A DNA stretch of 64,000 nt from an uncultured Clostridia bacterium (GTDB lineage Bacteria > Bacillota > Clostridia > Christensenellales > UBA1242): positions 2,831 to 66,830 of the forward strand of contig CALVYS010000002.1 of NCBI GenBank assembly GCA_944372355.1, given 5' to 3'. Numbering within the stretch: the stretch's first letter is position 1; each line of letters starts with the position of its first letter. Below the pieces are notes generated by a model, which was not told the DNA's origin, searched no databases, and saw only the letters and a program-made list of their open reading frames with translations. Below are positions 37,438-47,423 of the stretch, one piece after another. A program made the position numbers and the translations under genes.

Positions 37438-38526
37438 TTAAAGCCCTTTTATTATTTGAAAAATTGCACTCAGCCCAAAATCTGGAATGCTTATGCTTAG
37501 CTCTCCCGACTCAAAATTAGTTATGACAATGTAATCCATCTCCCTGCTCACCGTTCCAGATGAAATCTCGATTTCGCATTCAACATGTGGTGAAACTTTA
37601 AATCGCAAAGTTTCGCTTTCTGCATAAATCACATTGCCAATCAACTCGCCACCAGAAAGTGAAGAAATCTCAATTTCCTCCTCACTTTTCACCAAAATGT
37701 GAATGGTGCCAGCTCTTTCGCCGTTTAGGTAGACTTCAACTTCACCTGTGCCAAAGTCTTTCGCAATAATGATGTTTTCTTGAATCTCAATGCAGGTTGA
37801 ACTGGTTTCAAAGGTAACTGTGGCTTCGCCTGTGTAATATGATGGGGTTATTAAGTAACTTAATTCAAACCTTTCATCTTTGTTTAATTCCAAGTTTTCT
37901 GGAAGGTTTGCTATCGATGGAGATATGCTTTCAACCCAAACAGTGACAGTCTGTGTTTGGTTTGAGTTTTTAGATGAAAATGTGAGTATAGTTTCACCTT
38001 CACGTTGGGCTGAAATCGTGTTGTTTGAAACTTTGACAGAGTTGCCTGTGGAAACCACTGTGTAGTCTTTGTATGAAGTGAAGGAGTGTTGATAGTTGTA
38101 ACCCTCTGCCAGAGCAGTTTCAATATCTTTGTCCAAAAGATACAATTTGATTTCTGCTGGAAGGTCTGTTATCGGACCATCAGGATTTTCTGTGACATAT
38201 ATGTTTGTGGTGGCAATCGCTCTGTCATCATCTCTTGTGGCTGTTATTCTGATCGAAGTTGATCCAACCTGTCTTCCTACCAAATTTCCATCTACAATCT
38301 CGACAATATTTGAATCATATATTTCAAATGAAACTGTGGCAGTTTCATCTGAAATGTCATATTCGATCGATTTGACATCGTCAACTGCCAAACTGATTTC
38401 ATTGACTGAAATTGTAAGCTGAGCGGGAGCAGGTTTAATCAAAATTGCACAAAGCACTGCGGCCAGACAAATCAAAACCCCAGCAACAGAGGATATTCCT
38501 ATCAATGTTTTCAACTTCTTCGTCAC
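37438..38526 (-). CDS. Membrane-anchored Big_2 domain protein, paralog 2
   Basis: Identical to paralog 1 over roughly the first 285 residues apart from one T/I change. The last ~75 residues are divergent. Confidence 0.8.
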   Translation of the reverse strand: MTKKLKTLIGISSVAGVLICLAAVLCAILIKPAPAQLTISVNEISLAVDDVKSIEYDISDETATVSFEIYDSNIVEIVDGNLVGRQVGSTSIRITATRDDDRAIATTNIYVTENPDGPITDLPAEIKLYLLDKDIETALAEGYNYQHSFTSYKDYTVVSTGNSVKVSNNTISAQREGETILTFSSKNSNQTQTVTVWVESISPSIANLPENLELNKDERFELSYLITPSYYTGEATVTFETSSTCIEIQENIIIAKDFGTGEVEVYLNGERAGTIHILVKSEEEIEISSLSGGELIGNVIYAESETLRFKVSPHVECEIEISSGTVSREMDYIVITNFESGELSISIPDFGLSAIFQIIKGL

Positions 38527-38555
38527 GCCTAAATTTTAATACTTTGTGTGTCGAA
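37667..38555 (-). repeat. 889-bp direct repeat, copy 2
   Basis: See copy 1. Confidence 0.9.
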
Positions 38556-38580
38556 AAACAAACAATTTTGCAGAAAAAAT

Positions 38581-38622
38581 AAAAAAAACCAAATAAATTT
38601 GAATTTTTATTTGGTTTTTTTA
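38581..38622. terminator. Bidirectional terminator
   Basis: A8, CCAAATAAA...TTTATTTGG, then T7. Confidence 0.65.
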
Positions 38623-38640
38623 TTTAATTTATTAAATTAT

Positions 38641-39171
38641 TTATTCTCCTTGATTTTGAAGGTAATTAATCATTGAGTTAAATATTGCAATATGCGCCTG
38701 TTCGTCTTCGATGATCTTTCTGAAAATCGCCTTTAAACTTTCGTTGCTTACATTTCCTATCGCCCTTTCATAGCTTTGGATAGCTTTGTTTTCGGCATCG
38801 ATGTTTCTTTGGAGCATTTCCGGCAGTGACGTTCCAAGATCCACCCAGCGAGCTGTCCACGCGTCGCCATCTTTGACATAGTCCGCATTCCCACCAAAAG
38901 CGACGATCGCATTTGACAACGCGTCGAGATGTGTCATTTCTGTTATGGCGATCTGCTCTAATACATTTGCAATTTGTGGATATTGCGGATAAAGTTGCCA
39001 GTCTTGATGCATGTATGTTGTCGCCGCCGTCATTTCACTATGCCTGTCATATGCCAGGTCTTTTAAAATTTGAACGGTCGATGCCGATCTTTGAACATCG
39101 ACGAGTTGCGGAAAAGGCGTTGCCGAACTCGTGGGCAAATTGACAAATTCAGGGATTTCGGTTTCGTTCAT
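38641..39171 (-). CDS. Ferritin-like (di-iron ExxH x2) protein
   Basis: EMTH and EQAH motifs sit in a helical context. The ATG at 39171 follows AAGAGGAGG, 2 nt after the upstream stop. Confidence 0.65.
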   Translation of the reverse strand: MNETEIPEFVNLPTSSATPFPQLVDVQRSASTVQILKDLAYDRHSEMTAATTYMHQDWQLYPQYPQIANVLEQIAITEMTHLDALSNAIVAFGGNADYVKDGDAWTARWVDLGTSLPEMLQRNIDAENKAIQSYERAIGNVSNESLKAIFRKIIEDEQAHIAIFNSMINYLQNQGE

Positions 39172-39173
39172 GT

Positions 39174-39857
39174 TTATCCTCCTCTTGCCACACAATCTGC
39201 GCGCAATCTTTCCAGCGTTCTTTCGTTGGAAGAAAGGGTGGCATTTAAAATCAGCAGTTGTCTATCCACACTTGAAATAGAAACCAGTCGCATCAAATTT
39301 AACATATCATTTGAAATCTCGTCCACAAGGTCTCGCGTTTGGCTTAAAGCGACGCAGTAGTTTTCATCTAAATTCAATGAATCTATGCTTGGCGGCAAAA
39401 GTGTGTTTCCGCTCAATGTGCGATAGATGTTTCCCATCGTCGCCCGCATGATGAGGGTTTGATTTTCGAGTGCTCTTAATTCTTCAACGTCCGCTCCGTC
39501 ATATCGTTGTAAATCTCGATATACTCTGATCAGCACATCAAGTTTTTGATAAATCTCACGAGACAGTCTGACCGCGGGGTTTGGGCGAGGTGGTGGAGCT
39601 GGTGGTGGAGGTGGCCTCCACGGTGGAAAAATAGGTCTCGGCGGACGCATTGGCTGTTTCGCAGCCATGAAAAAGCCGCGTCTGTTTTGATTGGTTCGGA
39701 TTTCTGGGCGCGGAGCAAGCCTTGCATCTCGGCCGGGATATGTAGAAAAATCGTCCACTATTAAAACATCTTCCTCTTTGTTTAAAGCCTTCACAACTTT
39801 TTTTCCGCTGATTGGGTCCACTTCAAAAGTCAGTTTGTCTGAAAGCGTGTCTTCCAT
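39174..39857 (-). CDS. Hypothetical protein with a central polyproline tract and a helical C-terminal domain
   Basis: PMRPPRPIFPPWRPPPPPAPPPRPNP. It appears translationally coupled to the ferritin-like gene. Confidence 0.55.
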   Translation of the reverse strand: MEDTLSDKLTFEVDPISGKKVVKALNKEEDVLIVDDFSTYPGRDARLAPRPEIRTNQNRRGFFMAAKQPMRPPRPIFPPWRPPPPPAPPPRPNPAVRLSREIYQKLDVLIRVYRDLQRYDGADVEELRALENQTLIMRATMGNIYRTLSGNTLLPPSIDSLNLDENYCVALSQTRDLVDEISNDMLNLMRLVSISSVDRQLLILNATLSSNERTLERLRADCVARGG

Positions 39858-39939
39858 ATTCCTCTCCTTGACAACTTTTTATATGTCAAAAGCGAAACAA
39901 AGGTTACACAAAAAAAACACGCTTTAAAAGCGCGCCTTT

Positions 39940-40623
39940 TTACAACCAGCTTGTGTAAGTGACTGAAATCACAAACACATTTTGACTGGATTTTGTTATC
40001 AGCAAACCGTAATCTTCGTCTGGAAGTGTTTTGTAAATGCTGATATAGTTTTCATCATCGCTATCAAAAACAAACTTTTCGTCAAGCCCTCCATCACTGC
40101 TGAATTCAAAGTTCCCTTTCAATTTCTCGGCCAGCTCTGAAAGAGAAAGCTCGGTTTGAATCTGGGCTACAAAGCTTTCACCCTCGACGTATTCCTCCCC
40201 AGAAAACGACAAGTCCATGTCATAAAAGCTGAAACTTTGACCCAATATTTCTGAAATCTTTTCTGCGGCAAGTTCTTCCTCGCTTGACTCCACCGGCTTT
40301 TGTTCTGGTTCTTCCGGCAAAGGAGGATCCGTCTCTGGCAACTGACTTTCGCCTCCCCCGCCCGGCAGCGCAGGATCTTGATCTGCGGAAGTATCCTCTT
40401 CTGGCGGCACCTCTTCGTCACCATCTGATTGATCGCCATCATTTGGCAATTCAATCTCAATGTCGTCTTCGCCTGGAACCTCTGTTTCTTGCGAAGGAGG
40501 GTTTGGGGCGGGAGCAACGATTTCGGTGCCAGTGTTGTCCACATTATCACCCGAACCGCAACCAACAAAAGCAAAAACTGAAATCAGTCCTATCACCAGT
40601 GCTGCAATTTTAAGTGTTTTCAT
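39940..40623 (-). CDS. Acidic lipoprotein
   Basis: Lipobox FAFVGCGSG, followed by a long D/E/P-rich linker and a small C-terminal domain. Confidence 0.6.
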   Translation of the reverse strand: MKTLKIAALVIGLISVFAFVGCGSGDNVDNTGTEIVAPAPNPPSQETEVPGEDDIEIELPNDGDQSDGDEEVPPEEDTSADQDPALPGGGGESQLPETDPPLPEEPEQKPVESSEEELAAEKISEILGQSFSFYDMDLSFSGEEYVEGESFVAQIQTELSLSELAEKLKGNFEFSSDGGLDEKFVFDSDDENYISIYKTLPDEDYGLLITKSSQNVFVISVTYTSWL

Positions 40624-40803
40624 CGTCATCTGTCCTTTCAAAAACAGCTATATTTTACCACTTTTGTTTAAACGCATAAACAAAAATCGACAACTTTCAC
40701 ACAACAGTTTTGTTACGCAAAAACTTTGAAACATTTGGTTGGATTTGCTAAAAAGTTGATATTTTTTTTTGAATGTGTTAATATTAGCTGTAAGGAGAAA
40801 AAT

Positions 40804-41193
40804 ATGGAAAAAGTAATTAAAAACATGAACATCAAGCCACTGCTGGATCGTGCCGAATTTGAAAGATTGGACGCTCCAAAAGAAGGAACCATGGTGAACA
40901 TTCGCGTTGGCGATGAAGTGATGGTGAAGCTTTTGAATGACAATGTTGCAAGAGTTAGTGTGGCAAGAAGCGTGGTGCCAGAGCCTGAGTGCCTGTTCAA
41001 AATCTATGTTGAAATGAGCGCTGATGTGGCAATCGACAAAAAATATTATGACGAACTTGCAAACCCATCAGACTACTTTAAAAACACGCCAATATGTCGC
41101 GCCCTTGTTTTGCAAATTGTGACTTTGATTGCAAACATGACAACAAACTCAGCGATCGGTCCTATGGTGACAGTTCCAACGGTTCAAGCTTAA
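40804..41193 (+). CDS. Hypothetical protein
   Basis: The ATG at 40804 follows TAAGGAG. A terminator follows the ORF. Confidence 0.5.
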   Translation: MEKVIKNMNIKPLLDRAEFERLDAPKEGTMVNIRVGDEVMVKLLNDNVARVSVARSVVPEPECLFKIYVEMSADVAIDKKYYDELANPSDYFKNTPICRALVLQIVTLIANMTTNSAIGPMVTVPTVQA

Positions 41194-41195
41194 AA

Positions 41196-41228
41196 CAAAA
41201 AAGCATTCGCAAATTCGAATGCTTTTTT
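41196..41228. terminator. Bidirectional terminator
   Basis: AAGCATTCG-caaatt-CGAATGCTT flanked by an A run and a T run. Confidence 0.75.
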
Positions 41229-42864
41229 ATTTTATCGAATCCTTCAACCTTTTCACAACTTCGTCTTTCCCCAAAATAGTGATGAGTGTGAAAAGATCCG
41301 GAGCGTCCTTTCTTCCAGTAAGTGCAATTCTGATGTGCTCACAGGCTTTTGCGACGTTTCCTTCAAAGGAATCTGGATTTTGTTTGTAGACTTTGTTGTC
41401 AAGGGCGTAGCCAAGCTTTCCTGCAACCTCTTTAACTTGCGCAAACCATGAATCCTTATCCTCCGGGAAGGTGAACTCACGAAGATAGGCTGAAATAAAT
41501 CTTTCAAACTTTTTCTTATCCTGAGCCGCGCCGTCTATTTTTGGAGAGTGGAACATGTAAGAAAAATATTCTTCGATCATTCCCCATTTAAAAATGTCCT
41601 TCCTAGGTTTAGGACCTTCGCGGTCAATGTTGAAAACCTGCACACAATATTCTGGCCTTGCTTTGAGTTTTGAAGCAAATTCTGCGCTGAAACTTTCTGC
41701 CCATTTCAAAACTTCGGCATATACCTGCCTTGCATTCATTCTTGCAATCACATTTTTTGAAACATCGTTGAGTTTGACAATGTCAAAAATTGGCATCACA
41801 GCCGTGATGTTTCCAGCGCTTATTTTAAAATCTGAAAGACTGTCCGTCGGATTTTTTGTCCTCCATGGTTCGAAATCAGACGAGATGAGGTTTAAAATAT
41901 ATTCTTTGATTCCGTCAACAGGATAGCCTTCCTTGACAAAAAAGCGCATGTCAGCCTCTGGGTGCTTGCGTTTGGAAAGTTTTTCGCGGCCGCCCTTTTC
42001 ATTGAGTTTTGAAATCAATGGGGTGTGAAAATATTTTGGAGCGGCAAAGCCAAGCGCCTCAAAAATTTCGAGATGCGCCGGTGCTGATGGCAACCACTCC
42101 TCTCCACGAACCACCAAGGTGGTTTTCATCAGATGGTCGTCGATCGGGTGGGCAAAAGCGTAAGGTGGAATACCATTTTCTTTCATAAGCACAACATCTT
42201 TTGCATTTGCCTGCATCTCCACTTCGCCCTTTTGCACATCGCGCACTTTTATCCTGTCACCATCTTTGCCGTGAGTTTTAAGCCTTAGAGCAAACTTTTC
42301 TCCTCTTTCGATTTTGCTTACAATCTCGTCAAAAGTCAAATTGCGGCAAGGGTCATATTCTTCATTGGTGGCTGAGCCATCAAATCTTTTTGCGCGGTCG
42401 CTTTTGACCTCTGCAAGATTTTCTGGTTTTTTGCAAAAGCATGGAAAGGCCTTGCCTTCGCTCACCAGTTTTTTTGCGTAGGCTTTGTAAATTTCCACCC
42501 TCTCGCTTTGTTTGTAAGGGCCGTAATCCCCTCTTTCACCATCTAAAAGCCAACCTTCAGTTGGATATACTTTCAGAGTTTTAAGCATTTCAAGGGCAAT
42601 CTTGTCTGCGCCTTCAATCTCACGCTTCTTGTCAGTGTCCTCGCATCGGAAGTAAAAAACCCCTCCGCTTGACAAGGCAATTTGATAGTCGATAAGCGCG
42701 CTGAAAAAATGGCCTATGTGAAGATAACCTGTCGGGCTTGGTGCAAACCTTGTCACTTCTGCACCTTTTGGCAGGTTTCTTTCAGGATAAGCTTTTTCGA
42801 TTTCTTGAACTTCTTTTACATTTGGATATAAAAGTTCTGCCAATCGTTTTTGATCCATGTTCAC
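41227..42864 (-). CDS. gltX: Glutamate--tRNA ligase
   Basis: RFAPSPTGYLHIGH (HIGH motif) and KLSKRK (KMSKS-type). Confidence 0.8.
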   Translation of the reverse strand: MNMDQKRLAELLYPNVKEVQEIEKAYPERNLPKGAEVTRFAPSPTGYLHIGHFFSALIDYQIALSSGGVFYFRCEDTDKKREIEGADKIALEMLKTLKVYPTEGWLLDGERGDYGPYKQSERVEIYKAYAKKLVSEGKAFPCFCKKPENLAEVKSDRAKRFDGSATNEEYDPCRNLTFDEIVSKIERGEKFALRLKTHGKDGDRIKVRDVQKGEVEMQANAKDVVLMKENGIPPYAFAHPIDDHLMKTTLVVRGEEWLPSAPAHLEIFEALGFAAPKYFHTPLISKLNEKGGREKLSKRKHPEADMRFFVKEGYPVDGIKEYILNLISSDFEPWRTKNPTDSLSDFKISAGNITAVMPIFDIVKLNDVSKNVIARMNARQVYAEVLKWAESFSAEFASKLKARPEYCVQVFNIDREGPKPRKDIFKWGMIEEYFSYMFHSPKIDGAAQDKKKFERFISAYLREFTFPEDKDSWFAQVKEVAGKLGYALDNKVYKQNPDSFEGNVAKACEHIRIALTGRKDAPDLFTLITILGKDEVVKRLKDSIK

Positions 42865-42866
42865 TC

Positions 42867-44297
42867 CTAAATTAGATCGTCAAAATCCTCTTCGAGTTCG
42901 GTGAGCGCCACCTCTTCTTCTGACATCGGAGCGGCCTTCTTTTGAGATTCAAATTTGACTTTTTCTTCCAACCCAACAAATGTTGTATACTGACCGATCC
43001 AGCGCAGCTTGATGCTTCCGGTCGCGCCATTTCTGTGTTTTGCCAAAATGAGCTCAACCACGCCTGGCTCATCTTCGGTTGGCGTGTCATTATATTTTTC
43101 AGGGTTATGTAAAAACATAACGATGTCGGCATCTTGTTCAATCGCACCTGAATCTCTAAGGTCGGAAAGTTGTGGACGGTGGCCGTCACGTTTTTCGATG
43201 TCACGCGAAAGCTGTGAAAGCACGATGATCGGAACGTTCAGCTCTTTTGCGGCCACCTTCAAATTTCTTGAAATTTCAGAAATTTCGCTTTGGCGATTTT
43301 CCTTTCTCTTGCTGTCGGAAGTCATAAGTTGCAGATAGTCGATCATGATCAGATCGAGTTTTCCTTCCTTGGCCTTCAACCTGCGGCATTTTGAAAGCAG
43401 TGCTGCTGGTGTGGTCAAGCTAGAATCATCTATGAACAACTTTGAGTTTTCAAGTTGTTTTGTCGCCGTCCAAATTCGTTTCCACTCATCGCTCGACATC
43501 TTGCCAGTGAGCGCATTTTGCATTGGAACCTTGGCTATTGAACACAATGCACGCTGCGTGAGCTGCTCTTTGCTCATTTCCAAAGAAAACACTGCGCAGC
43601 TTTTGCCCTCTTTAACCGCGATGTTTGTCACGATGTTCATGGCAAAACTGGTCTTTCCGACAGATGGTCTCGCGGCAAGCAAAATGAGATCGCTGTTTTG
43701 CAATCCGTTTGTTATGTTGTCAAGATCTCTAAATCCCGTTGGTATGCCGCGCAATGATGCAGGATCTTTTGAAATCCTGTCAAATTTGTCGATAACGGCC
43801 TTGATGGCGCCGTTTGGTTTTCCAACATGTTCAAGTTGAGAAAGCTCCTCTTTTTCTGAAATGCTGTAAACCTCCGCCTCTGCATAAGCGAGAACGCCTT
43901 CTCGGTCCTCGTCTGAATAGGCTTTTTCGATTATGTTCTGTCCACTTTTGATCAGCATTCTGCGAACCGAATTGGATTTGACAATGTCGACATAAAATTT
44001 GTAGTTGGCAGCCGAAGGCACCACATTTGACAGAAAGTTGATGTAATCGATTCCGCCCACAGCGTCGATTTTGCCCTCTCTTTCAAGTTCTTCTGTCAAG
44101 GTGACAAAGTCGATTGGCATGTTTTTTTGAAAAACTTTTGTCATGGCTTGATAGATGCTTCTGTGTGAGTCGGTGTAAAAGTCGTCCGCTTTCAACATGG
44201 ACATGATTTCGGTTTGACACATAGAATCGATAATCAAGCACCCCAAAACCGCTTGTTCGGCGTCTAAGTTGTGCGGCATCATTTTGTAATCAGGCAT
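42867..44297 (-). CDS. dnaB: Replicative DNA helicase
   Basis: MPHNLDAEQAVLG, Walker A ARPSVGKTSF, IMIDYLQLM and SQLSR. Confidence 0.9.
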   Translation of the reverse strand: MPDYKMMPHNLDAEQAVLGCLIIDSMCQTEIMSMLKADDFYTDSHRSIYQAMTKVFQKNMPIDFVTLTEELEREGKIDAVGGIDYINFLSNVVPSAANYKFYVDIVKSNSVRRMLIKSGQNIIEKAYSDEDREGVLAYAEAEVYSISEKEELSQLEHVGKPNGAIKAVIDKFDRISKDPASLRGIPTGFRDLDNITNGLQNSDLILLAARPSVGKTSFAMNIVTNIAVKEGKSCAVFSLEMSKEQLTQRALCSIAKVPMQNALTGKMSSDEWKRIWTATKQLENSKLFIDDSSLTTPAALLSKCRRLKAKEGKLDLIMIDYLQLMTSDSKRKENRQSEISEISRNLKVAAKELNVPIIVLSQLSRDIEKRDGHRPQLSDLRDSGAIEQDADIVMFLHNPEKYNDTPTEDEPGVVELILAKHRNGATGSIKLRWIGQYTTFVGLEEKVKFESQKKAAPMSEEEVALTELEEDFDDLI

Positions 44298-44309
44298 GTT
44301 CTGCTCCTT

Positions 44310-44573
44310 TTATTCAGAAAAGATGTCTGGCTTTTTCGGCTGAGACTCTTCTTTTTGCTTTTTCTTTTTGTCTATTGTAGCACAGATCCACAAAAGCACC
44401 AAATACATGGCACCGGCAAGCACCACGCAAATTAAAATGTTCGCCCACTGTGGCACGCCAGCGTAGACTGCAAGCACGGTTGCCACAATCAAACCAACGA
44501 CAAAATAGGCCGCGATAAACCACAAAAACCTTTTCATCATTTTTTTGACTGGGCGTTTGTCTTTTGACTGCAT
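44310..44573 (-). CDS. Small two-TM membrane protein
   Basis: The ORF has two hydrophobic helices and is co-oriented between typA and dnaB. Confidence 0.45.
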   Translation of the reverse strand: MQSKDKRPVKKMMKRFLWFIAAYFVVGLIVATVLAVYAGVPQWANILICVVLAGAMYLVLLWICATIDKKKKQKEESQPKKPDIFSE

Positions 44574-44582
44574 AGTCCCTCC

Positions 44583-46415
44583 TTAAATCTCTCCTCTAAG
44601 CACCTTGCCCTTTTCTCTTAGGCGCATCGTGTGGTCGAGAATAACCTTTCTTATGCGAATGCTTTTTGGTGTAACCTCCAAAAGCTCATCGTCATTTAAA
44701 AACTCTATCGCTTCTTCCAAGCTGAGAATCTTTGGTGGAACGAGTCTGAGCGCCTCGTCTGCACCAGACGCACGCATGTTTGAAAGATGTTTCTTCTTGC
44801 AGACATTCACCACAATGTCCCCACCTTTTGGATTTTGCCCAACAACCATGCCGGCATAAACCTTGGTTCCAGGGCCGATGAACAAATCTCCTCTCTCCTG
44901 AGCATTGAAAAGTCCATAAACGATGGCCTCGCCGGTTTCGTGAGCAATAAGCGAACCAAACTCTCTGCGATTTATTTCGCCCTTGTATGGCTGATAGGAA
45001 TCGAATACGGAGTTTATAACGCATTCTCCGCGAGTGTCTGTCAAAAGCTCACTCTTAAAACCAAAAAGGCCACGCGAAGGAATCAAAAATTCCATTTTCA
45101 TTCTTCCAGCTTGCGGATTCATCATAATCAAGTCACCTTTTCTGAGTCCCATCTTACTCATAACCGTGCCCACGCAATCTTCTGGAACATCTAAAAACAA
45201 TCTGTCAATAGGCTCGCATTTTTTGCCGTCGATTGTTTTAAACAACACCTTCGGCATGGAAACCTGAAACTCATAGCCATCTCTTCGCATGTTTTCAATC
45301 AAGATTGAAAGGTGCATCTCGCCGCGACCGCGCACCACAAAGGTGTCGGCCGTTGCGCCGTCTTCCATTCTAAGCGACAAATCCTTGACCGCCTCTTTGT
45401 GCAATCTTTCTTTCAAATGCCTGCTTGTGACAAACTTGCCTTCTGTTCCTGCAAAAGGTGAATTGTTCACCATAAACGTCATCTCAATGCTTGGCTCAGC
45501 GATTTTTACAAACTCGACTGGTTCAATCTTTTCTTCACCGCAAATCGTGTCTCCGATTGTAACCTCTTCGAGCCCTGCCACACAAACGATTTCACCCATT
45601 TCTGCTTGTTTAACCGGCACACGTTTCAAGCCCTCAAAAACCATAAGGCTGACTATTTTGGCTTTCTGTTTTTTGCTTTCGTCGAAATAGTTGCAAACGA
45701 CAATATTTTGCCCCTCTTTGATCGTCCCACGAGTGATTTTCCCAACTGCAAGCCTGCCGACATAGTCGTTGTGTTCCGCAGAGGAAATCAAAAGTTGCAG
45801 AGGTCCGTCAGCCTCTCCTTCTGGGGCTGGAATCGCACTGAGTATGGTTTCAAAAAGAGGTGTCAAATCTTGGCCTTGTTTTGTTGGATTCAAACTTGCC
45901 GTGCCCTTTCTTGCCGAGCAGTAAACAAATGGCGAATTGAGCTGATCTTCATTTGCGTCAAGCTCTAAGAAAAGCTCCAAAACCTCATCAACCACTTCTT
46001 TTATTCGGGCATCTGGCCTGTCAATTTTGTTGATAACGACAACGGTTTTCAAGTTTAAATCCAGAGCCTTTTGCAAAACAAAACGCGTTTGAGGCATTGG
46101 GCCCTCGTATGCATCTACAAGCAGCAACACCCCGTCCACCATTTTCAAAACGCGTTCCACCTCGCCGCCAAAATCGGCGTGCCCCGGAGTGTCTATAATG
46201 TTGATTTTTGTTCCATTATAAACGCATGAGGTGTTTTTTGCCAGTATTGTGATTCCTCTTTCTCTTTCTAGTGCGTTTGAATCCATCACGCGGTCTTCAA
46301 CAACTTGGTTCTCGCGAAAAACATGACCCTGTTTGAGCATCTCGTTTACAAGAGAGGTTTTGCCATGGTCAACGTGCGCGATGATTGCTATGTTTCTTAT
46401 TTTTTCGTTAGTCAT
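44583..46415 (-). CDS. typA: Translational GTPase TypA/BipA
   Basis: [28 protein letters not shown] and NKIDR, with a full-length BipA pattern. I prefer the ATG at 46415 (MTNEKIRN). Confidence 0.9.
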   Translation of the reverse strand: MTNEKIRNIAIIAHVDHGKTSLVNEMLKQGHVFRENQVVEDRVMDSNALERERGITILAKNTSCVYNGTKINIIDTPGHADFGGEVERVLKMVDGVLLLVDAYEGPMPQTRFVLQKALDLNLKTVVVINKIDRPDARIKEVVDEVLELFLELDANEDQLNSPFVYCSARKGTASLNPTKQGQDLTPLFETILSAIPAPEGEADGPLQLLISSAEHNDYVGRLAVGKITRGTIKEGQNIVVCNYFDESKKQKAKIVSLMVFEGLKRVPVKQAEMGEIVCVAGLEEVTIGDTICGEEKIEPVEFVKIAEPSIEMTFMVNNSPFAGTEGKFVTSRHLKERLHKEAVKDLSLRMEDGATADTFVVRGRGEMHLSILIENMRRDGYEFQVSMPKVLFKTIDGKKCEPIDRLFLDVPEDCVGTVMSKMGLRKGDLIMMNPQAGRMKMEFLIPSRGLFGFKSELLTDTRGECVINSVFDSYQPYKGEINRREFGSLIAHETGEAIVYGLFNAQERGDLFIGPGTKVYAGMVVGQNPKGGDIVVNVCKKKHLSNMRASGADEALRLVPPKILSLEEAIEFLNDDELLEVTPKSIRIRKVILDHTMRLREKGKVLRGEI

Positions 46416-46488
46416 ATGTAAATTTTGTCCTTTTAACGATTTAGTATAGCACAAAATTTTGCAAATTCAATAAAAAAAGAAAGGTTTG

Positions 46489-47397
46489 TCAGCCTTTCTT
46501 TTTTTCGTCATCTGTTTTTTTTCTTGTTTTTTGGTTTTTTTGCACCAGAAAAATCGTCAGACAGCCAACTCCCGCAACCACAAGTGCAGCTGCCAGAGCA
46601 ATCAAATACCACCAGCCTCTCACCGCGTTGACTGTGTAAAGCTCGATGGTTTTTTCGTTTGAGAGCTGATCATAGCTCGACCACCAGCAATGGTGGTAGA
46701 GCGAATCCGAGAAAGTGATGTCCGCATTTGAATGCACCCGTTTGTGTGTGGTTGCATAGTCATAGACAAAGTTTGGATTGCCCTCTGCTTCAACAAGTTC
46801 CTCTGAAAAGTGTGCCAACTTGACATCTTTGATTATTGTCGCATAGATGTTTCCCACTGGCTGATCGTCAGAAGGCTGGCCAAATGGAAACGCTCCCTCT
46901 GAGACGTCAACCTGCACAAAGATCGACCCATCTTCGCTTGGCTCCTGCTGCGAATCAGAAGAGGAAGGGTGATAAAAATTCCAGGCGCTGTAACTTCGAA
47001 AAATGAAAGAGAAATTCACGCTGTCTGTCACGGAATTGTATTCTGGCTCTCTAACCGTGACCAAATCGCCATTTAATGCGAATTCCTCTTGCGGATTTTG
47101 AGCATAAATTGTGAAGTAGTTTAAAAACATTTGCTGCCAAACCCGCGTGCGAACCGCCGATGTCAGGTTTGTCACATATGTTGAGACGGTCTCTTCACTT
47201 GCACCGTTTTCTCGATAAAACTCCGCGTTTGCAGGAATGGCAAAAGATTGCGCCACACCGTTTGTGTAAGCCGCAATTTGCATTGTCACAGCATTGCCTG
47301 GCAAGGAAGCGTTGTTGCACCCCGCAAGAGGCAATGCTAGACACACGCAAAGCATAAAAGCTAAAAGCACTTTTTTCATAAAGTTATTTTTATTCAA
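46489..47397 (-). CDS. Lipoprotein with an additional C-terminal TM anchor, immediately downstream of the giant gene
   Basis: Lipobox LPLAGC. C-terminal helix WWYLIALAAALVVAGVGCLTIFLV followed by a basic tail. It lies 26 nt from the giant gene's stop. Confidence 0.6.
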   Translation of the reverse strand: MNKNNFMKKVLLAFMLCVCLALPLAGCNNASLPGNAVTMQIAAYTNGVAQSFAIPANAEFYRENGASEETVSTYVTNLTSAVRTRVWQQMFLNYFTIYAQNPQEEFALNGDLVTVREPEYNSVTDSVNFSFIFRSYSAWNFYHPSSSDSQQEPSEDGSIFVQVDVSEGAFPFGQPSDDQPVGNIYATIIKDVKLAHFSEELVEAEGNPNFVYDYATTHKRVHSNADITFSDSLYHHCWWSSYDQLSNEKTIELYTVNAVRGWWYLIALAAALVVAGVGCLTIFLVQKNQKTRKKTDDEKKKG

Positions 47398-47423
47398 TTC
47401 TCAATCCTTTCATTCAAGCAAAA

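Noticed and set aside
13823-38555. Spo0A '0A box' heptamers (TGTCGAA/TTCGACA) lie close to several starts. They occur at 13823-13829 (deacetylase), 19801-19807 (XRE gene), and 33934-33940 and 38549-38555 (both Big_2 paralogs, exactly at the edge of the repeat).
   Set aside because: A 7-mer is expected about 8 times by chance in 64 kb counted on both strands (128,000/16,384). I also saw copies inside coding sequence (about 21045 and 47690). The count is not above background, so no regulon claim is justified without ChIP or footprint data.
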